Assembly: GCA_038882955.1 (NCBI GenBank)
Contig: JAVZNC010000001.1
Coordinates: forward strand, 1 to 64,000
Length of the DNA: 64,000 bases
Source: Candidatus Bathyarchaeia archaeon
Lineage (GTDB): Archaea; Thermoproteota; Bathyarchaeia; Bathyarchaeales; Bathycorpusculaceae
Direction: 5' to 3'
Made by a program: the position numbers and the translations under genes. The first letter of the stretch is position 1. Every line of letters starts with the position of its first letter. Below the pieces are notes generated by a model. The model was not told the origin of the DNA, ran no database searches, and was given only the letters and a program-made list of their open reading frames with translations. Positions 48,601 to 58,392 of this stretch are shown here, piece by piece.

Positions 48601-49161
48601 CTAATCCTTTGTTATCGTCAATTCTGTTGCCTTTATTACTGCTTCAACTTTGTCTCCGACTTTTATATTCAAGTCTTCAAATGCCTTTCTCGAAATTAGC
48701 ACTGTAAAAACAGTAGGCGTTGCTATTTCTATTTTTACTTTTGCTGCAGTGTCGCCCTTATCAACAGTCTTAACCATCCCCTTCAAACGATTTCTTATGC
48801 CAATTTTTAATCCAAGAGCCTCTAGGCATTCCGCATCAGCTAAAGCTCCACTCAAATAACCCTCAAAATGCCTGTATTCATCTAAAAGCTGTTTTCCGAG
48901 CGCCGTGAGTTTGGCTCCGCCGCCTCCAGATTTTCCGCCCTTAAATGTTTCTATGACGGATGCGCCTAACACGCTTTCGATTTTTTGTAGGTAACTCCAA
49001 ACATAACGGTAAGACATGCCCAGATTTTTAGCCGCTTTAGATATTGACTTTTGCTTTTCTATTTGTTCTAGAATTTGGGCTCCGCCCTTGCCTATAATGG
49101 GCTTTCCTTCGTGTTCTATCCAAATTTTGCATGATGGCTTATGTTTCTTCTGGGTGAACAT
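48601..49161 (-). CDS. ModE-family regulator (wHTH + TOBE)
   Basis: SISKAAKNLGMSYRYVW, GGKSGGGAKLT, IRNRLKG...AVIKAT. Confidence 0.88.
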   Translation of the reverse strand: MFTQKKHKPSCKIWIEHEGKPIIGKGGAQILEQIEKQKSISKAAKNLGMSYRYVWSYLQKIESVLGASVIETFKGGKSGGGGAKLTALGKQLLDEYRHFEGYLSGALADAECLEALGLKIGIRNRLKGMVKTVDKGDTAAKVKIEIATPTVFTVLISRKAFEDLNIKVGDKVEAVIKATELTITKD

Positions 49162-49204
49162 TATCTTGTGATTTTATAGTTGCGCAATGTTTATAAGCGT
49201 TAGC

Positions 49205-49228
49205 CGATGTGAATAGGAAAACACATCG
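49205..49228. promoter_or_regulatory. ModE-like operator palindrome CGATGTGAA-N6-AACACATCG
   Basis: 7-bp inverted repeat in a 24-bp span between divergent modE-like and tauE-like genes. Confidence 0.55.
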
Positions 49229-49306
49229 TTCACGAGGTGCACCATCATCATCACAGATAACATCGCCAACAGTATAGACATATCGATTGGCAAAGCGTCG
49301 ACCGCT

Positions 49307-50062
49307 TTGTTTTTCGGCCTTTTAATGGGAATAGCCGCTGGTTTGATAGGCGTGGGTGGAGGAGAATTCCGAATTCCCATATTGCTTTACGTGATTGGAC
49401 TTCCAGTAATCGCAGCAGTCGCCGTAAATCTCCTCGTAGGGCTCCTAACAGTCATAGTCTCGTTCATTATACGTTTCCAGTTGGGGCTATTAGATGCACA
49501 AGCAATTAACGTAGCTCTAACGATGTCTTTTGCGTCTATTATTGGAAGTTATCTTGGCGCAGCCTTAACTGGAAAGGTTAAGGAAGGAAATTTGAAAAAG
49601 GTTCTAGCGGCTCTCCTGGTCATAATTGGGTTAAAAATTGGGTTTGAACCATTCATTCATACGCCACCGCTTTTTGAGCTTACTTTAGGCTTTGCAGAAG
49701 AAACCTTTTTGGCGGCGCTTGTCGGCATAGTTATAGGCATAATTTCTGGAATGCTCGGCGTCGCTGGAGGCGAGTTCCGAATCCCAGCGTTAATCTACAT
49801 TTTTGGCTTTGACATAAAAGTTGCTGGAACGGCAAGCCTCCTCGTTTCCATACCTACTGTTGCCACTGGCTTCGTAAAACACCGCATGATGGGGCACACC
49901 AACAGAAACGCGACCTTAATAGCAGTTATAATGAGTATAGGCTCCATCATCGGCGCCTTTATTGGGGCGTCGCAAGCAGCTGTTGTGGAAAAGGATGTCC
50001 TAAAAGTGCTTTTAGGTGCAATCCTAATCTTGGCGACTGTAAGAATGGTTACTAAACCATGA
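49307..50062 (+). CDS. TauE/SafE family membrane transporter
   Basis: Duplicated GLIGVGGGEFRIP / GMLGVAGGEFRIP. Confidence 0.88.
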   Translation: MFFGLLMGIAAGLIGVGGGEFRIPILLYVIGLPVIAAVAVNLLVGLLTVIVSFIIRFQLGLLDAQAINVALTMSFASIIGSYLGAALTGKVKEGNLKKVLAALLVIIGLKIGFEPFIHTPPLFELTLGFAEETFLAALVGIVIGIISGMLGVAGGEFRIPALIYIFGFDIKVAGTASLLVSIPTVATGFVKHRMMGHTNRNATLIAVIMSIGSIIGAFIGASQAAVVEKDVLKVLLGAILILATVRMVTKP

Positions 50063-50064
50063 AG

Positions 50065-50289
50065 CTAGGCGGTTGCCTTTTTCTCATTCGCCAATTCATA
50101 GAGGATTACAATGGCTTCGCCAAGTGGTATGCCCAATCTTGCCGCCAACTCTTGAGGAGTTATATCTGGTTTCTCGTGGAGTATAACTTCCCGCGTGTAA
50201 GCCTTATGAGTTGGGTATAAAACCAAAGCGTGAACGGTTTCCACAAGTACTGGCCACAAATTCTCTTTAGCATATTCTTCTAGGCTCAT
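50065..50289 (-). CDS. small HTH-like hypothetical protein
   Basis: ITPQELAARLGIPLGEA. Confidence 0.7.
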   Translation of the reverse strand: MSLEEYAKENLWPVLVETVHALVLYPTHKAYTREVILHEKPDITPQELAARLGIPLGEAIVILYELANEKKATA

Positions 50290-50413
50290 AGCTCATCAAA
50301 ATGTATTGCGTGCTGGTTAAATATGCGGTTTGCCCCTTCCACCGTAAAGTATATTTCTCTAGAAACATGATTAATGCCTTCAAGTTCGGAAAAGCAAAAG
50401 CGAGAATTAAACC

Positions 50414-51115
50414 ATGAAGGTTAAGGCTGTCATCTTCGACCTGGACGGAACAATCGCAAAATTTAACATAGACTACAGGGCGGTTAGGGCTGAAGTTCGA
50501 AGTTTACTAATAAGGGCGGGAATGCCAGCATCAACGCTTTCCACAAACGAAAGCATATTCGAAATGTTGAAGAAAACCGAAATCTTCATGAAAAACAATG
50601 GACAGAATGAAAAGGCTATTGCCCAAATCCGCAGTGAAGCACTAGAAATAGCGGAAAAACACGAGTTGGAAGCCGCCAAATACACAACTCCATTTCCAGG
50701 AGTAAAAGAAACATTGAAAGCGTTAAAGGATATGAGCTTAAAGCTTGGATTATGCACAATAAACAGCGAAAAATCCACAGAGTACATACTAAAAAGGTTT
50801 AGAATAAGCGAATTTTTCGATGCATTAACTCCGAGGGACAAAGTGAAAAATGTTAAGCCAAACACGGAGCACCTCGAAGCTACATTAAAAACGTTAGGCG
50901 TTAAGCCTCAAGAAACTGTAGTTGTCGGCGACGGCGCAAACGACATGAAATGTGCAAGAGATTTAGGCGCCATAGCCGTGGGCATACCGACTGGCGTTTC
51001 AAGTCCAAAAGAACTGATAAGCTCTGGAGCGAACTACATGATAACCTCAATAACGGACTTGCCCACGTTAATAGGATACATAAACAAAAGCATGGAAGAA
51101 AAAAGCGAAAATTAG
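50414..51115 (+). CDS. HAD-family hydrolase
   Basis: FDLDGT, KP, VGDGAND. Confidence 0.9.
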   Translation: MKVKAVIFDLDGTIAKFNIDYRAVRAEVRSLLIRAGMPASTLSTNESIFEMLKKTEIFMKNNGQNEKAIAQIRSEALEIAEKHELEAAKYTTPFPGVKETLKALKDMSLKLGLCTINSEKSTEYILKRFRISEFFDALTPRDKVKNVKPNTEHLEATLKTLGVKPQETVVVGDGANDMKCARDLGAIAVGIPTGVSSPKELISSGANYMITSITDLPTLIGYINKSMEEKSEN

Positions 51116-51516
51116 GCTGGTTTAAAGAAGTATCTGGGCCATTGGGGCCATTCTTGTGTTGCTGCGCATGTGCCAAAATCTATCGTTAATGGCATTCCGA
51201 TCTTTATCTGTTCTATGGCGACTCCTCTAATCATTCCTGGAATTTTCACGCCGTTTTCCAGCTCAACTATGCCAACAGCGTATGGAGCCATCCCCTGAAA
51301 CTGTGTCGGAGCCACGTAAATAACCGTATATGTTAAGAGTTTGCCTTTCTGTGGAAGTTCAACCCACTCGAAATCTTTTGAGTAGCATTTGTCGCATAGG
51401 GGTCTTGGCGGTAGATGAATTTTTCCGCATTGTTTGCATTTGCCGCCCATAAGCTTTCCTTGTAGAACATGCCTATAGAACTGTTCGATTGTGAACTGTG
51501 AGGTTTGCTCGCTCAT
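51112..51516 (-). CDS. DUF35 Zn-ribbon/OB-fold protein
   Basis: CKQCG..HLPPRPLCDKC, GKLLTYTV. Confidence 0.9.
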   Translation of the reverse strand: MSEQTSQFTIEQFYRHVLQGKLMGGKCKQCGKIHLPPRPLCDKCYSKDFEWVELPQKGKLLTYTVIYVAPTQFQGMAPYAVGIVELENGVKIPGMIRGVAIEQIKIGMPLTIDFGTCAATQEWPQWPRYFFKPA

Positions 51517-51520
51517 CTTT

Positions 51521-52717
51521 TTAACCTCTCCTATAAATGTGAACTGCCGCTGTGGCGCCCGAACCTCCCACATTATGCGTTAGCCCTATCTCCGCATCTT
51601 TAACCTGCCTCTTCCCCGCTTGCCCAGTCAACTGCAAATAAACCTCATACGCTTGGGCTGTTCCAGTTGCGCCTACTGGATGTCCCTTCGCTTTTAATCC
51701 GCCGCTTGTGTTTACTGGAATTTTTCCGCCGAGTTTGGTTTCTCCACTTTCAGCTAGGGCGCCGCCTTCGCCTGGACTGCAGAATCCAAGGTCTTCGTAG
51801 GCTATTATTTCGGCTATTGTGAAGCAGTCGTGGATTTCAGCCACATCCATGTCTTCTGGCTTCAAGCCAGCCATTTCGTAGGCTTGTTTTGCCGCAAATT
51901 TGGCTGCTCTAAGCGACGTGAATTCTTCTCTTTCATACATGCCTATCGTTTCACTTGCTTGTCCACTCCCAATAATGTGAACTGGCGTGTCCGTGTATTT
52001 TTTGGCAAGCTCTGGCTTTGTTAGGATTAAACAGCTTGCGCCGTCGGTAATTAGGGAACAGTCGTAAAGTTTTAGGGGCCAAGCGATGACGCGCGAAGAC
52101 AAGGCAGTTTCAAGAGTTATTTCCTTCCGCATATGCGCTTTCGGGTTTAGACTCCCATGATAATGGTTTTTTACGGCCACATGTGCCAACTGCTCTTCTG
52201 TTGTGCCATATTTGTGCATGTGCGCCGTAGCCATCAAAGCAAACAAACCTGGAAAAGTTATGCCATGCCACTGCTCAAAGGGAAAATCAGAAGCCATAGC
52301 CAAATATTCCGTAACTTCAGGCGTTGTGCGGTGAGTCATCTTTTCAACGCCGCCAACCATTACGATGTCGCATAAACCAGAAAGAACAGCGTATATGGCT
52401 GCTCTTAATGCGGCTCCAGAAGAGGCGCATGCCGCTTCGGTTCTTGTTGCTGGTATATGCAGCAGTCCAGCCCAGTCCGCGGCCGTGGCGCCAGTATGCC
52501 CCTGATGCTCGTAGGATTCGCCCATGTGGCCAACGAAAAGGGCTTGAATATCCTTTTTGGGGTCTAGGTTTGGGCAGCGTTCAAACGCCTCTTTTGCTGC
52601 TTCCGCGAAGAGTTCTCTGGCGTATAAGCCTTCGCGTTTTCCAAATTTCGATAATCCAGCAGAAACAATTGAAACTAGGGGTTCGCCCTTCAATGGGGTT
52701 TTCTCCTTCATTGGCAT
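51521..52717 (-). CDS. thiolase (archaeal SCP-x type) with intact catalytic Cys
   Basis: EAACASS, GGVEKM, EIHDCF, GHPVGATG. Confidence 0.92.
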   Translation of the reverse strand: MPMKEKTPLKGEPLVSIVSAGLSKFGKREGLYARELFAEAAKEAFERCPNLDPKKDIQALFVGHMGESYEHQGHTGATAADWAGLLHIPATRTEAACASSGAALRAAIYAVLSGLCDIVMVGGVEKMTHRTTPEVTEYLAMASDFPFEQWHGITFPGLFALMATAHMHKYGTTEEQLAHVAVKNHYHGSLNPKAHMRKEITLETALSSRVIAWPLKLYDCSLITDGASCLILTKPELAKKYTDTPVHIIGSGQASETIGMYEREEFTSLRAAKFAAKQAYEMAGLKPEDMDVAEIHDCFTIAEIIAYEDLGFCSPGEGGALAESGETKLGGKIPVNTSGGLKAKGHPVGATGTAQAYEVYLQLTGQAGKRQVKDAEIGLTHNVGGSGATAAVHIYRRG

Positions 52718-52834
52718 GTTAATGTAGAAAACTAAATATTGTTGGTACAAATATTTAAATGTGTTAACCAGTCTTCAGCCGTTTTCACGAGGAAAATTAA
52801 AAATAGGGGTTTGATCTGGAATTAAACCTTCAAA

Positions 52835-53521
52835 CTATTTTTGTCCGAAGGTTTTTCTAACCCAAGCCAATGTTTTTTCCATGTCTTCCCTGAAACGTTT
52901 AAGTTCTTCTGGAGTTCTTTTTGGCGGTTTAGGCTCTTCTGCTGGAGTTGCATAAACGTCGAGGAGGTCGCCTTTAGGCTGCTTCTCGATGTGTATGTTC
53001 ACTTTTAGGCCTATGTTCACTTTTTCCGGGTCAATGTTCCGCATTGTCATAGGCAAGCACGTGTTTGTTCCCTCTATGCGAACCATAGCGCCAACAAGCG
53101 GCTGCAGATGCGCCATTGAAGGCCAAGCAATAGCCATAACAGTGTACGAGTAAACTTCGCCTCTCTTTGGAAGCTCAATCCAAACCGTTTCCTGAAGCTT
53201 GCACTTTGGGTTGTAACAGTGAGCCCTTGGTGGACAATAGACTAAGCCGCATTTTGGACATTTTGTTCCATAAAGTTTGCCTTCTAAAAGGCCAGTAAAG
53301 AACTTTGAAACTTTGCCGTAGCTGTGATGGTAAAAGACCGCGTGTGGCCTATGCACAATCATAAACTGTTCAGGCTTCAAATCATTAAGCGTAGGCCCAT
53401 CATTCATCTCAACGATTTTCCAGCCTACAGGTCGCCATCCGCCTTCGCGTTCCCACTTCTCCCAGTACTTCTCGTCGATCTTCTGTTCTTTCAACACCTT
53501 TTCTGGTCCAGGCTGCTTCAT
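52835..53521 (-). CDS. DUF35 Zn-ribbon/OB-fold protein with N- and C-terminal extensions
   Basis: GTKCPKCG.VYCPPRAHC, GEVYSYT. Confidence 0.88.
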   Translation of the reverse strand: MKQPGPEKVLKEQKIDEKYWEKWEREGGWRPVGWKIVEMNDGPTLNDLKPEQFMIVHRPHAVFYHHSYGKVSKFFTGLLEGKLYGTKCPKCGLVYCPPRAHCYNPKCKLQETVWIELPKRGEVYSYTVMAIAWPSMAHLQPLVGAMVRIEGTNTCLPMTMRNIDPEKVNIGLKVNIHIEKQPKGDLLDVYATPAEEPKPPKRTPEELKRFREDMEKTLAWVRKTFGQK

Positions 53522-53524
53522 GGT

Positions 53525-54835
53525 CTATACCTCCAAAACCACGGCGCCTGCTTGGCACCCAGTGCCACCATGGCCATGCACAAAGCCCCGTTTGGGTTTG
53601 CTTAATTGCCTTCCAGGCGCGCCCCACTTTTTACCGATTTGGTTGCTTAATTGCCAATAGACATCAACAACTTGAGCGATTGATGTTGAGCCCACAGCAT
53701 GACCTTGAGCGGTTAAGGCGCCGCTGAGTTGACATGGAAGCTCACCGTCTGGAGCGATTACTCCTTCGCGAAGCAGTTTCTTTCCTTCTCCTCTTTTGCA
53801 GAAGTCGAAGTCTTCGAGAGCGGCTAAAACCACGCCAGCGTACGGGTCGAAGATTTCAACTAGGCTTATTTCTTTTCTCGGATTTTTTATTCCAGCATCT
53901 TTGTAGGCCATTCTTGCAGCTACACGAAGCGAGCCAAAGTTTGTTAAATCGGGATAAGGCGATAGTGGACGCGGAACCTCTTTAGGCCATATCTTCTCAT
54001 CTTCAGGATACAATCCTTTCCACGCAGGGTTGTCTGGGCGGTCTCCAGGCCTCATGGTATCTGTTCCAAAGCCTACGCCAGTTATCCAGACGGGATTGTC
54101 TGTTAATTTCTTTGTCATCTCTTCATTTGCCAAGAGCATGGCGGATGCTCCCTCGCTTGTCATGGCGCATTCAAGGAGTCTGTAGGGCCAAGAGATTAAC
54201 CGTGATTTGTAGACGTCTTCCACTGTTATTTTGCTGAAGCCGTGCTGAGCTGGCCATTGGGCGTATGGGTTGTCGAGTGAGTTGTTGTGGCAGAGAACGG
54301 CGACTTCAGCTAAATCTTCTTCTGTTTCTCCATATACGTGCATTCGCCTAGTTTCGAGCGTGGCGTAAAAAGCGTTGTATGTAAAACCTGAAACGAAGTC
54401 CCAGTCAGTATCACCTGCGATGGCTATTGCCTCGTTGACTTTTTGGATGGGCAGCTCGTTCATTTTTTCCCATCCAACAACAAGAACCACGGGGAACATG
54501 CCCGATCGAATCCACAGAGTTGCATTTACTATTGCGTCGATTGGTGTTGCTCCGCCGGATTCAACGCGGAAGGCGGGTACTCCGCTTAAGCCTAAGTAAT
54601 CGTGGATTATCCAGTGCATGCATTGTTGCTGTTCAAGGATGTCGCTGAAGTAAGAGTAGCAGCACGCGTATCCTTTCTTTATGAAATCTCCAATTTCGAG
54701 GTCTGGTACATCGTCCAGTACCATTTTAACTGCTTCAGCGCACATTTCTTCTTGCAGCGTATGCCTCGGGTTGTCGAATCTTGATATGCCTCCTGCAACT
54801 ATCCCAACTTTTTTCGACAAGTTTCTCCACCTCAT
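53525..54835 (-). CDS. thiolase-fold protein lacking the canonical Cys
   Basis: RVESGGAT in place of EAACAS; VGWEKM, EIFDPY, GHAVGSTS. Confidence 0.88.
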   Translation of the reverse strand: MRWRNLSKKVGIVAGGISRFDNPRHTLQEEMCAEAVKMVLDDVPDLEIGDFIKKGYACCYSYFSDILEQQQCMHWIIHDYLGLSGVPAFRVESGGATPIDAIVNATLWIRSGMFPVVLVVGWEKMNELPIQKVNEAIAIAGDTDWDFVSGFTYNAFYATLETRRMHVYGETEEDLAEVAVLCHNNSLDNPYAQWPAQHGFSKITVEDVYKSRLISWPYRLLECAMTSEGASAMLLANEEMTKKLTDNPVWITGVGFGTDTMRPGDRPDNPAWKGLYPEDEKIWPKEVPRPLSPYPDLTNFGSLRVAARMAYKDAGIKNPRKEISLVEIFDPYAGVVLAALEDFDFCKRGEGKKLLREGVIAPDGELPCQLSGALTAQGHAVGSTSIAQVVDVYWQLSNQIGKKWGAPGRQLSKPKRGFVHGHGGTGCQAGAVVLEV

Positions 54836-54947
54836 TTATGAAGGGTAGCTATTGATTAAGTGGGTATAAGATTTTTGTGGAAAAATGATCCCAAAATTAT
54901 GGACACTTTAAGAATCTTTTTATAACGTCTAACACCAATTTCAATGC

Positions 54948-56042
54948 ATGCAAATACTGAAATTAGCCACAGCTTTACCGAAAAATGCACATTCGACGGA
55001 AAAGCTTTTAGAAGCATTTCCGTGTCAGCTTCCCGAAGGCGTAAGACAAAACGTGCTTAACTTAGGAGTTCTAAGGCGCTACCTTATCAACAATGCCAAT
55101 TCGGAAACTGAATTGATTGAACTTTGCGTGGAAGCATGCCATAAAGCTATCCAAAAGGTTGGCATACCGACTAGAAAAATTGGATTTATCATCGCGGCTT
55201 ATGATGCAAATCCATTTTTAAGTCCAGGTTTAAGTCAACTTCTCATTCGCAGCATAGGCTTTAACCCTTACATTAGGCATGTTAACGTTCAAGGAATAGC
55301 CAGCACAGCGTTTCCAAAAACACTAGAGGTTGCGGAAAACTATCTTGCTGTTCACCCCAAAGATTGTGTCTTAATATGTGTTTCTGGAGTGAGCTCCTAC
55401 TGGTTCCAAAATCAGATTCGCGGCATAAAAGATGTTATGGACATCAGCCAAATACGCCAAATAAAAGATAAAGTCAAACAGCAAATGGAACTGCAAAAAT
55501 GGATTGCAGTTATGGAGTATTTCCTTTTCGGAGACGGCGTAGCCGCCGCAGTTGTGGCGAATTATGATGAAGGCTTAGCTTTTAAGAAAAGTGTTGAAGT
55601 CACAAACTTGGGTAAAAGGGATTACTTGGCTGGCTACGCTAGAATTTTGGCATCGAACGAGCCTTTCAAGTTTGGCTTTTGCTCGTATTTAGACAAGGAA
55701 ATCCCGCAGCTTGGAGTCAAATACACTGGTTTAGCCCTCAAAAAACTTCTCGGAAAGAACATGAAAGAAACGATTAAAGCTGCAAAGAAATTGGCAATTC
55801 ACACTGGAAGCGAAAAAATCCTAAAGGCTATGGCAGAACATCATGAAATTGAACATGAAAAACTAAGGGAATCATATGAAGTGCTTAGGGAATACGGTAA
55901 CTTGGCGGGCGCAAGCTTGCCCTTTATTCTTGAAAGGATAATTTCACACAACAAATTAGGTGATGGCGACATAATTCTGATGCTAGGGTACGGGTGGGGC
56001 TTTTCAGCTTCTGCCGCCCTATTAGAATTCAAAACAATGTAG
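54948..56042 (+). CDS. type III PKS / FabH-like condensing-enzyme-fold protein
   Basis: LATALP, FLFGDG, IHTGSEKIL, YGNLAGAS, GYGWGFS. Confidence 0.82.
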   Translation: MQILKLATALPKNAHSTEKLLEAFPCQLPEGVRQNVLNLGVLRRYLINNANSETELIELCVEACHKAIQKVGIPTRKIGFIIAAYDANPFLSPGLSQLLIRSIGFNPYIRHVNVQGIASTAFPKTLEVAENYLAVHPKDCVLICVSGVSSYWFQNQIRGIKDVMDISQIRQIKDKVKQQMELQKWIAVMEYFLFGDGVAAAVVANYDEGLAFKKSVEVTNLGKRDYLAGYARILASNEPFKFGFCSYLDKEIPQLGVKYTGLALKKLLGKNMKETIKAAKKLAIHTGSEKILKAMAEHHEIEHEKLRESYEVLREYGNLAGASLPFILERIISHNKLGDGDIILMLGYGWGFSASAALLEFKTM

Positions 56043-56074
56043 GAAAAAATTTCACTTGTATGGCAACGTCAATT

Positions 56075-56170
56075 TTACAAGTTGAAACTGCGCAAAATTG
56101 GATACCCCCCTCTAGATTTTTCTCCGCCATGAACAGCCTTCGTTAAAAAATCGCCATCCTCCAAACTCAT
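56075..56170 (-). pseudogene. 5' remnant of a PLP trans-sulfuration enzyme (Met/Cys gamma-lyase family)
   Basis: MSLEDGDFLTKAVHGGEK...* resembles the family N-terminal FxTxAxHxG motif. Confidence 0.4.
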
Positions 56171-56281
56171 TTTGAATGCACTCTTTCAAATGATTGTTTC
56201 ATGGCTTGTTTGAGAAATAACTTTTTAGGTTTGACGCCGATATTTAGTTCAAAACCAGCCTACAATAGGGGTTGATGCAGC

Positions 56282-57961
56282 ATGTTTGACAAGCAGAAAA
56301 TCGATGAAATAGTCAAAGAAAGGGAACGTTGGGAAAGGACTACTTTGCCAAACTGGATTAGGCAGTGTCCAGAAAGGCAGAAGGAATTTCGCAATCATTC
56401 TGGTATCGAGATAAAGCGCCTTTACACTCCAGAAGACGTTAAGGAAATGGATTATATGCGTGACCTTGGCTTTCCAGGCGAATACCCGTTCACGAGGGGA
56501 TTACACGCAACAATGTATCGTGGGCGATTGTGGACTATGCGCATGTTTGCTGGTTATGGCACAGCCGCGGACACAAACAAGCGCTTCAAATACTTGCTAA
56601 GCGAAGGCGAAACGGGCTTAAGCACGGCTTTCGACTATCCAACGATTATGGGTTATGATTCCGACCACCCCATGGCGAAGGGCGAAGTCGGCGTCTGCGG
56701 AGTAGCCATCTCATCACTGCAGGACATGGAAGTTCTGTTCGACGGCATACCGTTGGACAAGGTTACAACTTCAATGACTATAAATGGTCCAGCGACGGTG
56801 CTGCTTGCGATGTACGTTGCCGTAGGCGACAAGCAAGGAGTTCCTAGGGAAAAGCTTGGCGGGACAACTCAAAACGACAACTTGAAAGAGTTTTTCGCCC
56901 AGAAATTGTGCATTTTTCCGCCGGAGCCTTCGCTTAAGCTTTCAACAGACATAATCGAATACTGCGCTAGGCACCTGCCAAAATGGAACCCAATAAGCAT
57001 AAGTGGCTACCACATACGCGAGGCAGGCGCCACAGCGCTTCAAGAGTTGGCTTTCACGCTTTATGATGGAATAGCCTACGTCGAATCCACATTAAAGAGA
57101 AGCTTAAAAGTCGACGACTTCGCCCCGAGACTATCATTCTTCTTCGCTTCACACAATGACTTTTTCGAGGAAATAGCCAAGTTCCGCGCAGCACGACGGT
57201 TATGGGCTAGGATAATGAAGGAGCGCTTCCACGCGAAAAATCCGAGGTCTATGTGGATGCGCATGCATGTGCAAACTTCAGGCTGCACATTAACAGCCCA
57301 GCAGCCACTAAACAATATTGTACGCACCACAATTCAGGCGCTTGCCGCGGTTCTTGGCGGAACCCAATCCCTACACACAAACTCTTTTGACGAAGCCTTA
57401 TGTTTGCCAACAGAGGAGTCCGTAAGAGTTGCCTTGCGAACACAGCAGATAATCGCCTACGAAAGCGGGGTGACAAACACCGTTGACCCGCTTGCAGGCT
57501 CCTATTACGTTGAAGCCTTAACAAACGAGATGGAGGAGAAAGCCATGGAGTACATCCAAAAAATAGACGACATGGGCGGCGTCATACCCGCGATAGAGAA
57601 GGGCTTTTTCCAGAGGGAAATTGCTGACAGCGCGTATAGGTACCAGCGCGAAATTGAGGAGAAAAAGCGCATAATAGTCGGCTTAAACGAGTACACAATT
57701 GAAGAGGAATGTCCAATAGAACTTTTGAGGGTGGACCCGAAGGTTGAGGAAGAGCAAGTTGAAAGGCTGCAAAAGCTAAAAAGGGAAAGGGATAACAGAA
57801 AAGTTAAGGAAGTCCTTGAAAAACTTCATTACGCGGCACAGAAGGATGAAAACCTCATGCCGACAATAATTGAGGCTGTGAAAGCCTACGCCACCTTAGG
57901 CGAAATAACGGATGTGCTGCGCAAAGTTTACGGAGAATATAAAGAATTAATACTAATCTAA
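56282..57961 (+). CDS. B12-dependent acyl-CoA mutase large subunit (isobutyryl-CoA mutase-like signature)
   Basis: [41 protein letters not shown]. Confidence 0.92.
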   Translation: MFDKQKIDEIVKERERWERTTLPNWIRQCPERQKEFRNHSGIEIKRLYTPEDVKEMDYMRDLGFPGEYPFTRGLHATMYRGRLWTMRMFAGYGTAADTNKRFKYLLSEGETGLSTAFDYPTIMGYDSDHPMAKGEVGVCGVAISSLQDMEVLFDGIPLDKVTTSMTINGPATVLLAMYVAVGDKQGVPREKLGGTTQNDNLKEFFAQKLCIFPPEPSLKLSTDIIEYCARHLPKWNPISISGYHIREAGATALQELAFTLYDGIAYVESTLKRSLKVDDFAPRLSFFFASHNDFFEEIAKFRAARRLWARIMKERFHAKNPRSMWMRMHVQTSGCTLTAQQPLNNIVRTTIQALAAVLGGTQSLHTNSFDEALCLPTEESVRVALRTQQIIAYESGVTNTVDPLAGSYYVEALTNEMEEKAMEYIQKIDDMGGVIPAIEKGFFQREIADSAYRYQREIEEKKRIIVGLNEYTIEEECPIELLRVDPKVEEEQVERLQKLKRERDNRKVKEVLEKLHYAAQKDENLMPTIIEAVKAYATLGEITDVLRKVYGEYKELILI

Positions 57962-57965
57962 ATGG

Positions 57966-58379
57966 TTGGTGAAAGCCATGCGAAAGAAAATTAGAGTATT
58001 AGTCGCAAAGCCTGGTTTGGACAGCCACGACAGAGGAGCAAAAGTTGTGGCAAGAGCCTTAAGGGACGCTGGGATGGAAGTAATATACACTGGTTTGAGG
58101 CAGACTCCAGAACAAATAGTTGAGGCAGCACTGCAAGAGGACGTTGACGTGATAGGTTTGAGTATACTCTCTGGAGCGCATAAGGCGCTTTTCCCAAAAA
58201 TAATGCAACTGCTAAAAGAGAAGGGCTTAACAGACGTCCTTGTTTTCGCGGGCGGAATAATTCCAGAAGAGGACATACCGGAGCTGAAGAAGATAGGGAT
58301 TAAGGAGGTTTTTGGTCCAGGAACTCCAACGGAAAAGATAATTCAGTGCATTTTGGATTACTGTTCAAAAAGAGCCTAA
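57966..58379 (+). CDS. acyl-CoA mutase cobalamin-binding small subunit
   Basis: [22 protein letters not shown]. Confidence 0.93.
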   Translation: MVKAMRKKIRVLVAKPGLDSHDRGAKVVARALRDAGMEVIYTGLRQTPEQIVEAALQEDVDVIGLSILSGAHKALFPKIMQLLKEKGLTDVLVFAGGIIPEEDIPELKKIGIKEVFGPGTPTEKIIQCILDYCSKRA

Positions 58380-58392
58380 AGATGTGTAGCAA

